DNA of 64,000 nt from positions 127,510-191,509 of the forward strand of contig JAEERP010000003.1 in NCBI GenBank assembly GCA_016285885.1. Direction: 5' to 3'. Both the position numbers and the translations under genes were made by a program. This DNA is from Paludibacteraceae bacterium (lineage in GTDB: Bacteria > Bacteroidota > Bacteroidia > Bacteroidales > Paludibacteraceae). The first letter of the stretch is position 1. Every line of letters begins with the position of its first letter. Below, one piece after another: positions 46,940-56,350 of this stretch. The notes under the pieces were generated by a model that searched no databases, was not told where the DNA came from, and worked only from the letters and a program-made list of their open reading frames with translations.

Positions 46940-49336
46940 TCATCCCATCGTCACAACCACCTCGTTCACACTCTTCATCTTACTGAATGGAACGACGTTG
47001 CCTTCGATGGCCTTTCCGTTCAAAGTAACGGAAACAACACCCTTCTCCACCTTCTTAGGGTTCTTAACGGTGATGTTGACCGTCTTGCCACGGAAACGAC
47101 GGGTGGCTGTGAAGCCCTTCCATCCTGGGATACATGGATCGATCATCAATCCATCGTAGTCTGGACGGATACCCAAGATGTATTGAGCCGCTGTGAAGTA
47201 TGCCCATGAAGCGGTACCGCTCAACCATGGACAACGGCTTTGTCCCGCACGCATGTTGTAGGTAGAGCAGGTCGTCTGCGCATATACGTAAGGCTCGATC
47301 TGACGTACCTCGGCACGCTCGTTGTATGCTGCTGGCAAGTAGTTCTTGTAGTTCTTGAAAGCACGCTTACCGTGACCCAAGATACAATCCGCCATGATAC
47401 CCCATCCTTGCGTGTGCTGGAATACGGCCGCATTCTCCTTCATACCCTTGATGAACAAAGGTGCCTTGATTACAGATGCCTCAGTCTTCTCATACGGAGG
47501 ATCGCAGAGCACCAAACCGTACTTGATGGCCAAACGCTTCTCGATGCTGTTCATGACCGTCTCGGCACGCTCGCCTGTAGCCTGTCCTGAGATGACTGAC
47601 CATGAGTTAGGGTTCAACCAGATGGTACCCTCGTTGTTTGGATCCTTCTTCGTACCGAACACGTAACCATCTTCCTTGATGGCACGCACGTACCATTCGC
47701 CATCCCAAGCTGCCTTGTCGATGTCTTTGGTCAGCTGAGTCAAGTGACCCTGTGCCCACTTCACCTCATCAGCCTTGTTGAGACGAGTACAGATATCGAT
47801 GTAAACCGTCAACGCATAACGCAACTGCATGGCCACGAAGACAGTCTCACCCTTCGCACCCAATACCAAGCAGTCGTTCCAGTCTGCCTTCAAACCGCAA
47901 GGCAAGTTGTTCTTACCACGACGGTCGAGGTTGAATTGGATGGCACGTTTCAAGTGGTCAAGGACAGTACCCTCACCCTTGTCCGAGTAAGGCAATACTT
48001 TATTATAGTAATCCAAGTTACCCAACTCCTTCACGTAGGTTGGTACCGTGTTGAAGAGCCACATACAGTCGTCTGAACGGAACTCGTTCTCCGGTGTAGG
48101 TGCCTCATGACCTGGATTGTGGGCAAACGGTTTAACGACTGGCATCGCACCACCGTTGGAGTTCTGACCCGTCAACATCAACTCAAGGCGTTCTACCACC
48201 TCTTCAGGAATGTTGTGGATCACACCCAACATATCTTGGATTGTATCACGATAACCCATACCGTCACGCTCACCACGATAGATCAAAGAAGCCGCACGGC
48301 TCCATGCATAGGTGATGAGGTTGTTGAATGGGTTCCACATATTGATCATGCTGTTGAACGCAGCGTCTGGAGTCTTTGCTGAGAGTCCCTCGATACGTCC
48401 ATGCCAGTATTTCACCACCTTGTCGAACTCAGCCTGAACCTTAGCAGGGGTAGCCACCATCTTAGCGGCCTTCTTACCCTCTACCCAAGCCTTACCGATA
48501 CCAAGGACAACGGTGAACTCTTTTGTCTCGCCAGCCGCAAGATCCAAATCCACCTGCAACGTACCGCAACCGTTGTCACCCTCTGTCACTGTGTTACCGC
48601 ACTGACCGTTGACCACTGAAAGCGGATTAGCGTAAGTATGGTAAGGGCCGATGAACTTATCACGGTCGCTATCGTAACCTGTCACCTTCTGACCCACTAC
48701 ACCGATGAAAGAGTGGCGAGCCTGGTCTTTGTTTTGGAAGTTCTCAGGCTCCTCAGGCATATAGAGGTTGTTACCATGGTCGATGAAACCGTTCTTGTAG
48801 GCGGTCTTCACGATGTACTGCGTATATTGCAAGTTGTTGCTATCGTCGTTCATGTTCCAGTTGGAAGCGAACTCAGCGTAGGTGAAAGCGCGAAGCTTAC
48901 GAGCCTTCTTGCCCATGTTGGTCACCTTCACGTGCCAAACTTCGAACTCCTGACCCTTAGGCACGAAGTAGAGAGTCTCTGTCTTGATATCGCTATACTC
49001 GGAAGAGATCTTCGTATAGGCGGAACCGTGGCGGCACTCGCTCTTGTATTTATCGAGCGGTTTGCCCACAGGTTGCCAAGAGCCAGACCAGAAGTCTTTC
49101 GACTCGCAGTCGTGCAAGTAGATGTAGCGACCAGGTTGGTCCAGTGGCACGTTGTTGAACTTGATTCTTAGGAAGCATCCTTGAACTGAAGAGCGGAAGA
49201 AAGAATAACCTCCCGCGTTGTTGGTGATGATGGCGCCGTAGCGAGTATCACCCAAGTAGTTACTCCAAGACTTCGGAGTGTCTGGTTTGGTGACGACATA
49301 TTCCTTGTTTTCGTCGTCGAAAAATCCGTATTGCAT
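46940..49336 (-). CDS. GH94 glycoside phosphorylase (cellobiose / chitobiose phosphorylase-like)
   Basis: 798 aa. MQYGFFDDENKEYVVTKPDTPKSWSNYLG...AGGYSFFRS aligns by eye with the cellobiose phosphorylase N-terminus. Host-like GC content. Confidence 0.88.
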   Translation of the reverse strand: MQYGFFDDENKEYVVTKPDTPKSWSNYLGDTRYGAIITNNAGGYSFFRSSVQGCFLRIKFNNVPLDQPGRYIYLHDCESKDFWSGSWQPVGKPLDKYKSECRHGSAYTKISSEYSDIKTETLYFVPKGQEFEVWHVKVTNMGKKARKLRAFTYAEFASNWNMNDDSNNLQYTQYIVKTAYKNGFIDHGNNLYMPEEPENFQNKDQARHSFIGVVGQKVTGYDSDRDKFIGPYHTYANPLSVVNGQCGNTVTEGDNGCGTLQVDLDLAAGETKEFTVVLGIGKAWVEGKKAAKMVATPAKVQAEFDKVVKYWHGRIEGLSAKTPDAAFNSMINMWNPFNNLITYAWSRAASLIYRGERDGMGYRDTIQDMLGVIHNIPEEVVERLELMLTGQNSNGGAMPVVKPFAHNPGHEAPTPENEFRSDDCMWLFNTVPTYVKELGNLDYYNKVLPYSDKGEGTVLDHLKRAIQFNLDRRGKNNLPCGLKADWNDCLVLGAKGETVFVAMQLRYALTVYIDICTRLNKADEVKWAQGHLTQLTKDIDKAAWDGEWYVRAIKEDGYVFGTKKDPNNEGTIWLNPNSWSVISGQATGERAETVMNSIEKRLAIKYGLVLCDPPYEKTEASVIKAPLFIKGMKENAAVFQHTQGWGIMADCILGHGKRAFKNYKNYLPAAYNERAEVRQIEPYVYAQTTCSTYNMRAGQSRCPWLSGTASWAYFTAAQYILGIRPDYDGLMIDPCIPGWKGFTATRRFRGKTVNITVKNPKKVEKGVVSVTLNGKAIEGNVVPFSKMKSVNEVVVTMG

Positions 49337-49534
49337 AAAACTAATCTATAATAAATTTCGTTATTAGATATTTTTTCAAATATAGTGAAACTTCGAGATA
49401 ATGGGAATTTTTTTTGGAGGAATTTCGCTAAAATAGTTGGTGAACCGAAAAAAAGCAGTACCTTTGCGTCACCAGAACCCGCCAAGCCTCTCAACGATGC
49501 TCAAATGTGCGGGTCGTTTTATTTATGAAAAAAC

Positions 49535-50434
49535 ATGAAAATACCGTTTTGTAAACCCTACACAAGTCCGCCTGACTTGGTTGAACTCCTACAATCACGT
49601 GGTTTGACAATTGAAGATGCCGCAAAAGCTCAGCATTATCTTCAACACATTGGATATTATCGTCTATCCGCCTACATGTATCCCTTTTTACGAATCCCCA
49701 AGAAACAACATCGATATAAGCCAGAAGCAACATTTAGAAAAGTGATGATGCTATACCGCTTTGACAAGAAGCTTCGTCTTTTTATATTCAATGAGATCGA
49801 AAAGGTTGAAGTTGCCATACGTTGTGCCATAGTTAATGTGGGGTGTGAAATTACTGGAGATCCTTTTTGGATGACTGACAGCCAAAATTTCACGAATCAA
49901 ACAAAGTACCTTCAAACCATGCGATTGGTTAATGATGAGCTTCGACGTTCACGAGAAGACTTCATCAATCACTTTAAGCAAAACTACACGAACGATTATC
50001 CTCCTGCATGGATGCTTTCAGAAATCCTTCCTTTTGGTGTCATGACCAATCTCTATGACAATGTCAGGAATATGCGCATAAAGAAGAAGGTGGCTCAGAA
50101 ATTCGGACTTCAAGTCGCTCCATTCGAATCCTGGATGACAATCATAACCCTTACACGTAACTCATGCTGCCATCATGCCCGTGTGTGGAATAAGCAAAAT
50201 ACGATTCGTCCGATGTTACCTAATCGAATAAACCATCCGTGGATAAACTTGTCAACAGACCTGCTACGTGTCTATTTTGATTTATGTATCATCAAATATT
50301 TTCTTAACATCATATCACCGATGAACGACATGACAAAGAAATTAAAATCCTTGCTGGCTGAATATCCTGATGTTGACACATGTGCAATGGGATTCCCTAT
50401 GGGGTGGCAGACTGAACCACTATGGGGATATTGA
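49535..50434 (+). CDS. Abi_2 (AbiD/AbiF-like) abortive-infection family protein
   Basis: 299 aa. LQHIGYYRLSAYMYPF, EILPFGVMTNLY, RNSCCHHARVWN. Confidence 0.8.
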   Translation: MKIPFCKPYTSPPDLVELLQSRGLTIEDAAKAQHYLQHIGYYRLSAYMYPFLRIPKKQHRYKPEATFRKVMMLYRFDKKLRLFIFNEIEKVEVAIRCAIVNVGCEITGDPFWMTDSQNFTNQTKYLQTMRLVNDELRRSREDFINHFKQNYTNDYPPAWMLSEILPFGVMTNLYDNVRNMRIKKKVAQKFGLQVAPFESWMTIITLTRNSCCHHARVWNKQNTIRPMLPNRINHPWINLSTDLLRVYFDLCIIKYFLNIISPMNDMTKKLKSLLAEYPDVDTCAMGFPMGWQTEPLWGY

Positions 50435-50623
50435 GAAGATGTGCTTTTTTACCTGTTATATTAATAGAAATGCAATATGCTCTTCTATGTGTCAAATGGC
50501 ATTTTCTAGTGATATATTTTATCATATAGAAAATATTCAACATCTTTGTATGCAATATGACATGAATTACAAAGTCTGGAATATTGCTTTATAACAAAAA
50601 CGGTTGAACAAAATAAAAGCGAT

Positions 50624-51256
50624 ATGGAATACGGAATAGTTTATCTTCTAACCAACCCAGTAATGCCAGGACTTGTTAAAATTGGTATGACTGCGCAAGA
50701 AGATATTGATAAAAGGATGAAAGAACTCTACACAACAGGCGTGCCTGTGCCTTTTGAGTGTCAATTTGCTTGCCGAGTGAAAAAATCAGACTGCGTAAAA
50801 ATTGAGAAGGCCCTTCACACAGCTTTTGAACCACAAAGGATCAATGCTAATCGGGAGTTCTTTCGAATCCAAGTTAACCAAGCGAAAGCTATTCTTGAAC
50901 TATTCCACCACACAGACGTGACAGAAGAAGTAACTGATGAAATACAAAACGATTTAACTGAAAATGACAAAGCCGCATCAATTAAAGCTCAATCCAAACG
51001 TCCTGCATTAAACTTTTTTGAGATGGGCTTGCAAAAAGGTGACGTCCTTAGATGGAAAGAGAACCCTTCAATATCTGTAACCATTGTGTCAGAGCGTAAA
51101 ATCGAATATGAAGGAGAAGAAACTTCCATCAGTTCACTTTCAGCAAAACTGAAAGGATATAACACAAAACATATCGCTCCTGGCGCATATTGGTTATTCA
51201 ATGACAAATTGCTTGGCGATATATACGATGAAACATATCCTTTTGAAGCAGAATAA
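50624..51256 (+). CDS. T5orf172 / GIY-YIG-like nuclease family protein with a C-terminal extension
   Basis: 210 aa. GIVYLLTNPVMPGLVKIGMT...RMKELYTTGVPVPFE...REFF. Confidence 0.75.
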   Translation: MEYGIVYLLTNPVMPGLVKIGMTAQEDIDKRMKELYTTGVPVPFECQFACRVKKSDCVKIEKALHTAFEPQRINANREFFRIQVNQAKAILELFHHTDVTEEVTDEIQNDLTENDKAASIKAQSKRPALNFFEMGLQKGDVLRWKENPSISVTIVSERKIEYEGEETSISSLSAKLKGYNTKHIAPGAYWLFNDKLLGDIYDETYPFEAE

Positions 51257-51356
51257 ACAAAATAAACATTTAGTCAGGAGGAAAATCATTGACTGAACTT
51301 GGATTGCAAATCCAAACATCTAGACTTAGTTGAACTACGTCAATGAAAACATCACT

Positions 51357-51488
51357 CGACATTTCTGTGTCCAGACACACTTTTCTCGACTGGACTCCAC
51401 CGAAACGTGATCGATAAAGGCACGTTATTAAACAAGAAAAACCTTGCAATTCCTGTTCCGTTTGTATAACTTTGTAAGTGGCAGACAG
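51357..51488 (+). promoter_or_regulatory. Copy X of a conserved upstream module (near-palindrome + promoter boxes)
   Basis: About 80 percent identical to 53607-53735. Near-palindrome TGTGTCCAGACACA at 51366-51379. TAACTTTG -7 box at 51467-51474, with a TTG 20 nt upstream. Confidence 0.7.
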
Positions 51489-51584
51489 AAAGAGAGTGGT
51501 ATTTATTGCGTTAGTGTGTTCCAAAACAGGGCCTTTCTCTTCCGTCCGATTAAGGATTATCTAACTATTTTGAAATTTATACAG

Positions 51585-53468
51585 ATGAAAAAATTTTTTA
51601 CACTAATTGCTCTATTTGCGTTTGCATTCTCGGCTTATGCATTGGAAGGATTGAAGTTGGTAGGTACCCAATTGTGTACGGAAAGTGGGAAGCCCATTCA
51701 ATTGAGAGGATGGAGTACCCATGGCTCATGGTTTAAGGAGTGCTATGACGAGGAGGAGGATTTCTCCGCCATGAAAAGGAAAGGCGCTAATGTGGTGCGT
51801 ATTGTCACTTACTTCAACGAAGGTGAGGGCGTAAATGAAGCGTGGGTTAAGAATTGCATCGATTTTTGCGCCAACCAGAACATGTATTGCATCGTCGATT
51901 GGCACTTGACAAAAGATCGAGAAGAGTTGAAAGGTAACCCGATGACCAGAGTGGAAGACGCGAAGAACTTCTTCCATGACATCTCCGAATACGTCAGCGA
52001 AAAGGATTACAATCATGTATTGTACGAGATATGCAACGAACCTGTCTACGATTCCATATCGGATGGTTGGGGGTCGAAGGATCCTTATGAAGTTGGGAAA
52101 GAATATGTGTGGGGTTGGATAAAGGATTATTGCAAGGAAATCCTTCCGGTCATCAAAGCGAACGACTCCACCTCGATCGTATTGGTAGGCACGCCGCAAT
52201 GGGACCAAGCCTTAGTATTTCCTTTCCTGGATCCAATCGACGAGATGGGCATGAACGTGATGTACAGTTTCCACTATTACGCGTATGACCAGGAAATATA
52301 TCTGGGCGAGCTGAGCAGCGCATCGGCTTTTATCCCTTTGTTCGTAACGACATGGAGCCTTTCCAGCCAAGAAAATGGCACAAAGATATCGACAGAAAAC
52401 GCTGATAAGTTGATGACCGTATGCAACGGAAAGAATATTGGCGGACAAGTCATCAGTTGGGTCAACTGGAGTTGGAGCTACCTGGATTCACCAGAAAATT
52501 CTTTCAGCTCAATAGAGAATTACGACAAGAAAAACTTTTCAGAGGCTGGGAAATATGTTATGAAACAATTGTCGAAAGGTGACAATTTTGTCTTTGGTGA
52601 ATCTCAGGCGTATGATAGCGCACAAGTGTTTGACGGTGTGAACGACTTCTACTTGACACTGGAGAAATACGACCAGGGAGGAATCAACAATGCCTACTAT
52701 GACTTTGACGAGGATTGGGTAGCGTGTGCACCTACCCCATGTAACAGTGGAGTTGCCGGTATGTATGACGGTGTTCGTGGCGACGATGCTGTAGACATAG
52801 GTTACACCAATGAGGAGAACCCAGGAGATGGCTACTATAGCTTGAGCTACATCGGTCGAGGCGAATGGGTGAAATATACCATCAATGTGAAACATCCTGG
52901 CGACTATGAATTCGAGACTTACACGAACAACCATATAGATTACAACATCATCGCATTCACGGTTGATGGCAAGAACGCACTTGTCGATGAGGATGGGAAG
53001 GAGATATACCGCGCATTGGAATTGCAACCCAGTGGCGAAGGTGAAAAAATGGATGGTTACAATGATTGGGGATGGACGAAACCTATATGCCCATACGCAC
53101 CAGAGAAAAAGTTCCGTCTGCGCTTCAATGAGACGGGTGAACATAAATTGGGCATTGTCTTCATGACAGACGGTTCCGGTTTGGGTTCCCTTAAAATCAT
53201 TGGTAAACCTGAGAATGCGGTGAACGTTGAGGACGTGAACAACCTAGTCGTTCGGTTGTGGCCTAACCCATCCGAGGACGGTTCCCTGAACGTCTCCGTC
53301 AACTACGATTCCGACATCACCATCTATAGCGCACAAGGAGTTGCTGTATTCTCCAAAACAGTAGCCGCCGGTGTGACAACATTGAACACCTCATTGGATG
53401 CAGGCGTCTATTACGTGAAGGTGCGAAATGAGAACGGTATTTTCACAAATAAATTCATTGTGAAATAA
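51585..53468 (+). CDS. GH5 (subfamily 2-like) cellulase-fold protein + CBM6/35-like module + T9SS type-A C-terminal domain; catalytic nucleophile position is Thr
   Basis: Start moved to MKKFFTLIALFAFAFSAYA (ATG at 51585). QLRGWSTHG, IVDWH, LYEICNEP, MYSFHYYA, PLFVTTWSLS. CBM-like GEWVKYTINVKHPGDYEFE. C-terminus LWPNPSEDGSLNV...GVYYVKV...KFIVK. Confidence 0.85.
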   Translation: MKKFFTLIALFAFAFSAYALEGLKLVGTQLCTESGKPIQLRGWSTHGSWFKECYDEEEDFSAMKRKGANVVRIVTYFNEGEGVNEAWVKNCIDFCANQNMYCIVDWHLTKDREELKGNPMTRVEDAKNFFHDISEYVSEKDYNHVLYEICNEPVYDSISDGWGSKDPYEVGKEYVWGWIKDYCKEILPVIKANDSTSIVLVGTPQWDQALVFPFLDPIDEMGMNVMYSFHYYAYDQEIYLGELSSASAFIPLFVTTWSLSSQENGTKISTENADKLMTVCNGKNIGGQVISWVNWSWSYLDSPENSFSSIENYDKKNFSEAGKYVMKQLSKGDNFVFGESQAYDSAQVFDGVNDFYLTLEKYDQGGINNAYYDFDEDWVACAPTPCNSGVAGMYDGVRGDDAVDIGYTNEENPGDGYYSLSYIGRGEWVKYTINVKHPGDYEFETYTNNHIDYNIIAFTVDGKNALVDEDGKEIYRALELQPSGEGEKMDGYNDWGWTKPICPYAPEKKFRLRFNETGEHKLGIVFMTDGSGLGSLKIIGKPENAVNVEDVNNLVVRLWPNPSEDGSLNVSVNYDSDITIYSAQGVAVFSKTVAAGVTTLNTSLDAGVYYVKVRNENGIFTNKFIVK

Positions 53469-53488
53469 TCGATCGTATCCATTCTCGT

Positions 53489-53566
53489 CCACCAATAGGA
53501 GGAAAGGGGTGAGACATCTATACTATAGATGGCATCGCTTCCCTCTTGTTGGTGGTTCGTTTTTTT
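53489..53566 (+). terminator. Long imperfect hairpin plus T-tract after the GH5 gene
   Basis: CCACCAATAGGAGGAAAGGGGTGAGACATCTATA pairs with CTATAGATGGCATCGCTTCCCTCTTGTTGGTGG, followed by TTCGTTTTTTT. A degenerate half-copy recurs at 53761-53815. Confidence 0.6.
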
Positions 53567-53606
53567 ACAATCATTTGAATATCATGCTATTTCTCTATAT
53601 TCCATT

Positions 53607-53735
53607 CGATATTTCTGTGTCTAGACACACTTTTCTCGAATGGACTTCGTACAAACGTGATAGATAACGGTACGTTATTAAACAAAAAAAATTGTGCTTT
53701 CTATTCCGTTTGTATATTTTTGTGAGTGACAGATT
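53607..53735 (+). promoter_or_regulatory. Copy Y of the conserved upstream module
   Basis: Perfect 14-bp palindrome TGTGTCTAGACACA at 53616-53629. TATTTTTG -7 box at 53715-53722. Confidence 0.7.
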
Positions 53736-53844
53736 CAATAATCGATCATTTCCACTTTCGTCCACCAAAAGGAGGAAAAGGGTGGCATCTTCAGCGCAGA
53801 TGGCAACATTGCTCGTGTCTGTAAAAACAATAAAAATATTACCC

Positions 53845-55185
53845 ATGAAAAAGCATCTTATTTTAGTCATTTTTTCTCTTATTGGTGGTTCGCTATTCGC
53901 CCAACCGTTGGACAAAGAGGCTGCCGAGTCGGCCAAGAAGCAGGTCATCGCGGAATGGAAAGCCCAGATGTCCGCTATATATGACCAAGCATATCAAGAA
54001 CATATCATCCGTCGTGACGGGTTACAGTTAGGATTGGGATACTTCATCCGAGGCGCGGAACCTGCAGGGGGACGTAGCCTTTGGATCTCCATGCACGGTG
54101 GCGGAAACGCCCCCAAGGAAACGAATGACCAACAGTGGGAGAACCAAATATACCTTTACCAACCGCAAGGCATCTACGTGGCGCCGAGAGCTCCATGGGA
54201 TGATTGGGACATGTGGTTCAAAGCGCCTATCGACTCCCTCTTCCAGGACTTGATCACCATGATGATCGTCAAGGAGAATATCAATCCTGATAAAGTATAT
54301 ATCATGGGCTATTCCGCCGGAGGTGACGGTGTCTGGCGACTGGCACCTCGCCTCGCCGACCATTGGGCCGCCGCCGCCATGATGGCCGGTCACCCGGGCG
54401 ACGTGGGACTACGTAACTTGGTTAACACTCCTTTCACCATTTGGGTGGGCGCCCTCGACTCCGCCTACGACCGCAACAAGGAGGTGCAGAAGAGAGGGAA
54501 GGAAATGGATGAACTTAGCCAGTCTGTGCCAGGGAAATATATCCATGAGACCCATATCGTCGCAGGGAAAGGTCACTGGATGGACCAGGTGGACACCGCC
54601 GCCGTCAGCTGGATGCAACGCTACACCCGCGACGCCCATCCGCAACAGATCATCTGGACGCAGGAGGAATGCTTGCGGAACGCTTTCTATTGGGTCTCCT
54701 TGCCTCCTTCCGTGAAACCCATGCGGGGCAACACCTTCGAGGCGAAGATCGAGGGGAACACCATCACCATCGATAAGATGGATTATGATGAGGTGGTCAT
54801 CTGGCTGGACGATGACATGGTGGAGCTCTCCCAGCCCGTCACCATCCAATACGACGGGAGGACGCTCTTCCGGCAAGTGGTGGAGAGAACAGAAGAGAGC
54901 ATGCGGCAATCCATCTACGAACGCAAAGACCCATCCTTCTGTTTCCCTGCCAACGTCACTATCTCAAAAGATATGACAGCGGAAGACACTGGTGTAGAGG
55001 AGATTGAAGCCTCCCTATTGTGGCGTGATGATATCCGACGGATCGAAGCCTATGACCTGCAAGGACATACGCTCTGCTCCACCACACAGCGGGACGAATA
55101 CCTGAGATTCGCACAAAAGTACGGATGCATCCACATCATAAGGTTGCATTTTGACAACTTCAGCAAGGTGGAAACACGGAAATAA
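53845..55185 (+). CDS. Secreted alpha/beta-hydrolase (esterase / S9-like serine hydrolase)
   Basis: Start moved to MKKHLILVIFSLIGGSLFAQ (ATG at 53845). Nucleophile elbow GYSAGG. ISMHGGGN oxyanion-type segment. Confidence 0.75.
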   Translation: MKKHLILVIFSLIGGSLFAQPLDKEAAESAKKQVIAEWKAQMSAIYDQAYQEHIIRRDGLQLGLGYFIRGAEPAGGRSLWISMHGGGNAPKETNDQQWENQIYLYQPQGIYVAPRAPWDDWDMWFKAPIDSLFQDLITMMIVKENINPDKVYIMGYSAGGDGVWRLAPRLADHWAAAAMMAGHPGDVGLRNLVNTPFTIWVGALDSAYDRNKEVQKRGKEMDELSQSVPGKYIHETHIVAGKGHWMDQVDTAAVSWMQRYTRDAHPQQIIWTQEECLRNAFYWVSLPPSVKPMRGNTFEAKIEGNTITIDKMDYDEVVIWLDDDMVELSQPVTIQYDGRTLFRQVVERTEESMRQSIYERKDPSFCFPANVTISKDMTAEDTGVEEIEASLLWRDDIRRIEAYDLQGHTLCSTTQRDEYLRFAQKYGCIHIIRLHFDNFSKVETRK

Positions 55186-55264
55186 TAAGAATTTGGCTCA
55201 ACTACATTTGCCACTCCGTTCATTTATCATAATTTCGCGGCATTAAAACCACACATGGGAGAAC

Positions 55265-56065
55265 ATGGGCAAGGAGAGCACGTTATTTAACCGGCTTACC
55301 CTTCTTTTGGGGAGGGAGACGATGGATGTCATCAGCAAGAAGAGAGTCATTATTTTTGGTGTTGGTGGCGTGGGTAGTTGGTGCGCCGAAAGTTTAGTGC
55401 GCAGTGGCATCAGCCATCTCACGATCGTCGATAGCGATAGGATATGCGTCACAAACGTCAATCGACAGTTACAAGCGACAAGCAAGACGGTCGGCCTTGT
55501 GAAGGTTAACGTACTGAAGGATAGATTATTGGATATCAATCCACAAGCTGAGATCGAGGCAATTCAGGAGATCTATTCCGCTGAGAACGACCCGATGTTC
55601 CATCTTGAGGAATATGACTACATCATTGATGTCATTGACAGTCTGGAGAACAAAGTTCACTTGATATTGCGCGCCACGGAGTGCCCAGGGAAGTTTTTTT
55701 CTGCAATGGGAGCCGCACTTAAGATTGACCCGACACAGGTTCAGGTAGCGGATTTCTGGAAGGTTCATGGATGTCCGTTGGCTCGGGCTATTCGGAAAAG
55801 ATTTAAGCGCATAGATAAATATCCTCGGAAAAAATTCCTTTGCGTCTTCTCGCCAGAGTTGCTATCCAACAAAGGAGAAGCATCCACCTGCGGGACAAGC
55901 GCATGCATATGTCCCAAGTCGGCCCTCATCACCGGCAACCCCAACCTCGTCAACCACGAGTGGTGTTCCTCAAAAGCGCAAATCAACGGGACCACGGCGC
56001 ATATAACAGCCATCTTCGGATTTACCATAGCTGGATTGGTGATGCAGGATATCGCTCAAGTATAA
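55265..56065 (+). CDS. tcdA: tRNA threonylcarbamoyladenosine dehydratase (ThiF/E1-like)
   Basis: 266 aa. IFGVGGVGSW, VDSDRICVTNVNRQ. Confidence 0.88.
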   Translation: MGKESTLFNRLTLLLGRETMDVISKKRVIIFGVGGVGSWCAESLVRSGISHLTIVDSDRICVTNVNRQLQATSKTVGLVKVNVLKDRLLDINPQAEIEAIQEIYSAENDPMFHLEEYDYIIDVIDSLENKVHLILRATECPGKFFSAMGAALKIDPTQVQVADFWKVHGCPLARAIRKRFKRIDKYPRKKFLCVFSPELLSNKGEASTCGTSACICPKSALITGNPNLVNHEWCSSKAQINGTTAHITAIFGFTIAGLVMQDIAQV

Positions 56066-56350
56066 TTGTCTTCGGATATAATCGTAGGAGTAGTGTATCC
56101 TGCGAATCAGCAATTATCCGGATAGAACATTGTGTGGTAAAAACGAGGGGATATAGGACGAACGCAATATGATCCGCCTATTATACTGAAAGAACAAACA
56201 ATTTTTTGCATATTTAATATTAATAGAAAAAACACAATAGAAACGCGAAATAATTTTTATTTTTGTACAAGAGAGACATCGTGCACTTTCCTTACGGGAG
56301 GAAATCATGCGCAACTGCTTGTAAAAGAAAACTTTAATGATCGTCAGTGT

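Noticed and set aside
40314-51256. Looked for an integrase, transposase, att-type direct repeats or a tRNA bounding the defence-like region.
   Set aside because: None found by reading both strands, so I do not call a mobile element. Island boundaries remain undefined.
51444-51584. N-terminal extensions of the ORF-track calls (MQFLFRLYNFVSGRQ at 51444 and MCFLFRLYIFVSDRF at 53692), considered as a possible conserved leader peptide.
   Set aside because: The similarity extends across all frames and upstream of these ATG codons, so it is nucleotide-level conservation of the regulatory module. Both proteins have canonical MKK signal peptides further downstream (51585, 53845). A short regulatory uORF cannot be fully excluded.
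51270-53948. Minus-strand ORFs 51270..51524 and 53595..53948, which share HSRKVCLDTE.
   Set aside because: The shared peptide is the reverse-strand reading of the duplicated upstream module, including its palindrome. The rest of the two ORFs is unrelated, and they overlap promoter and leader sequence.
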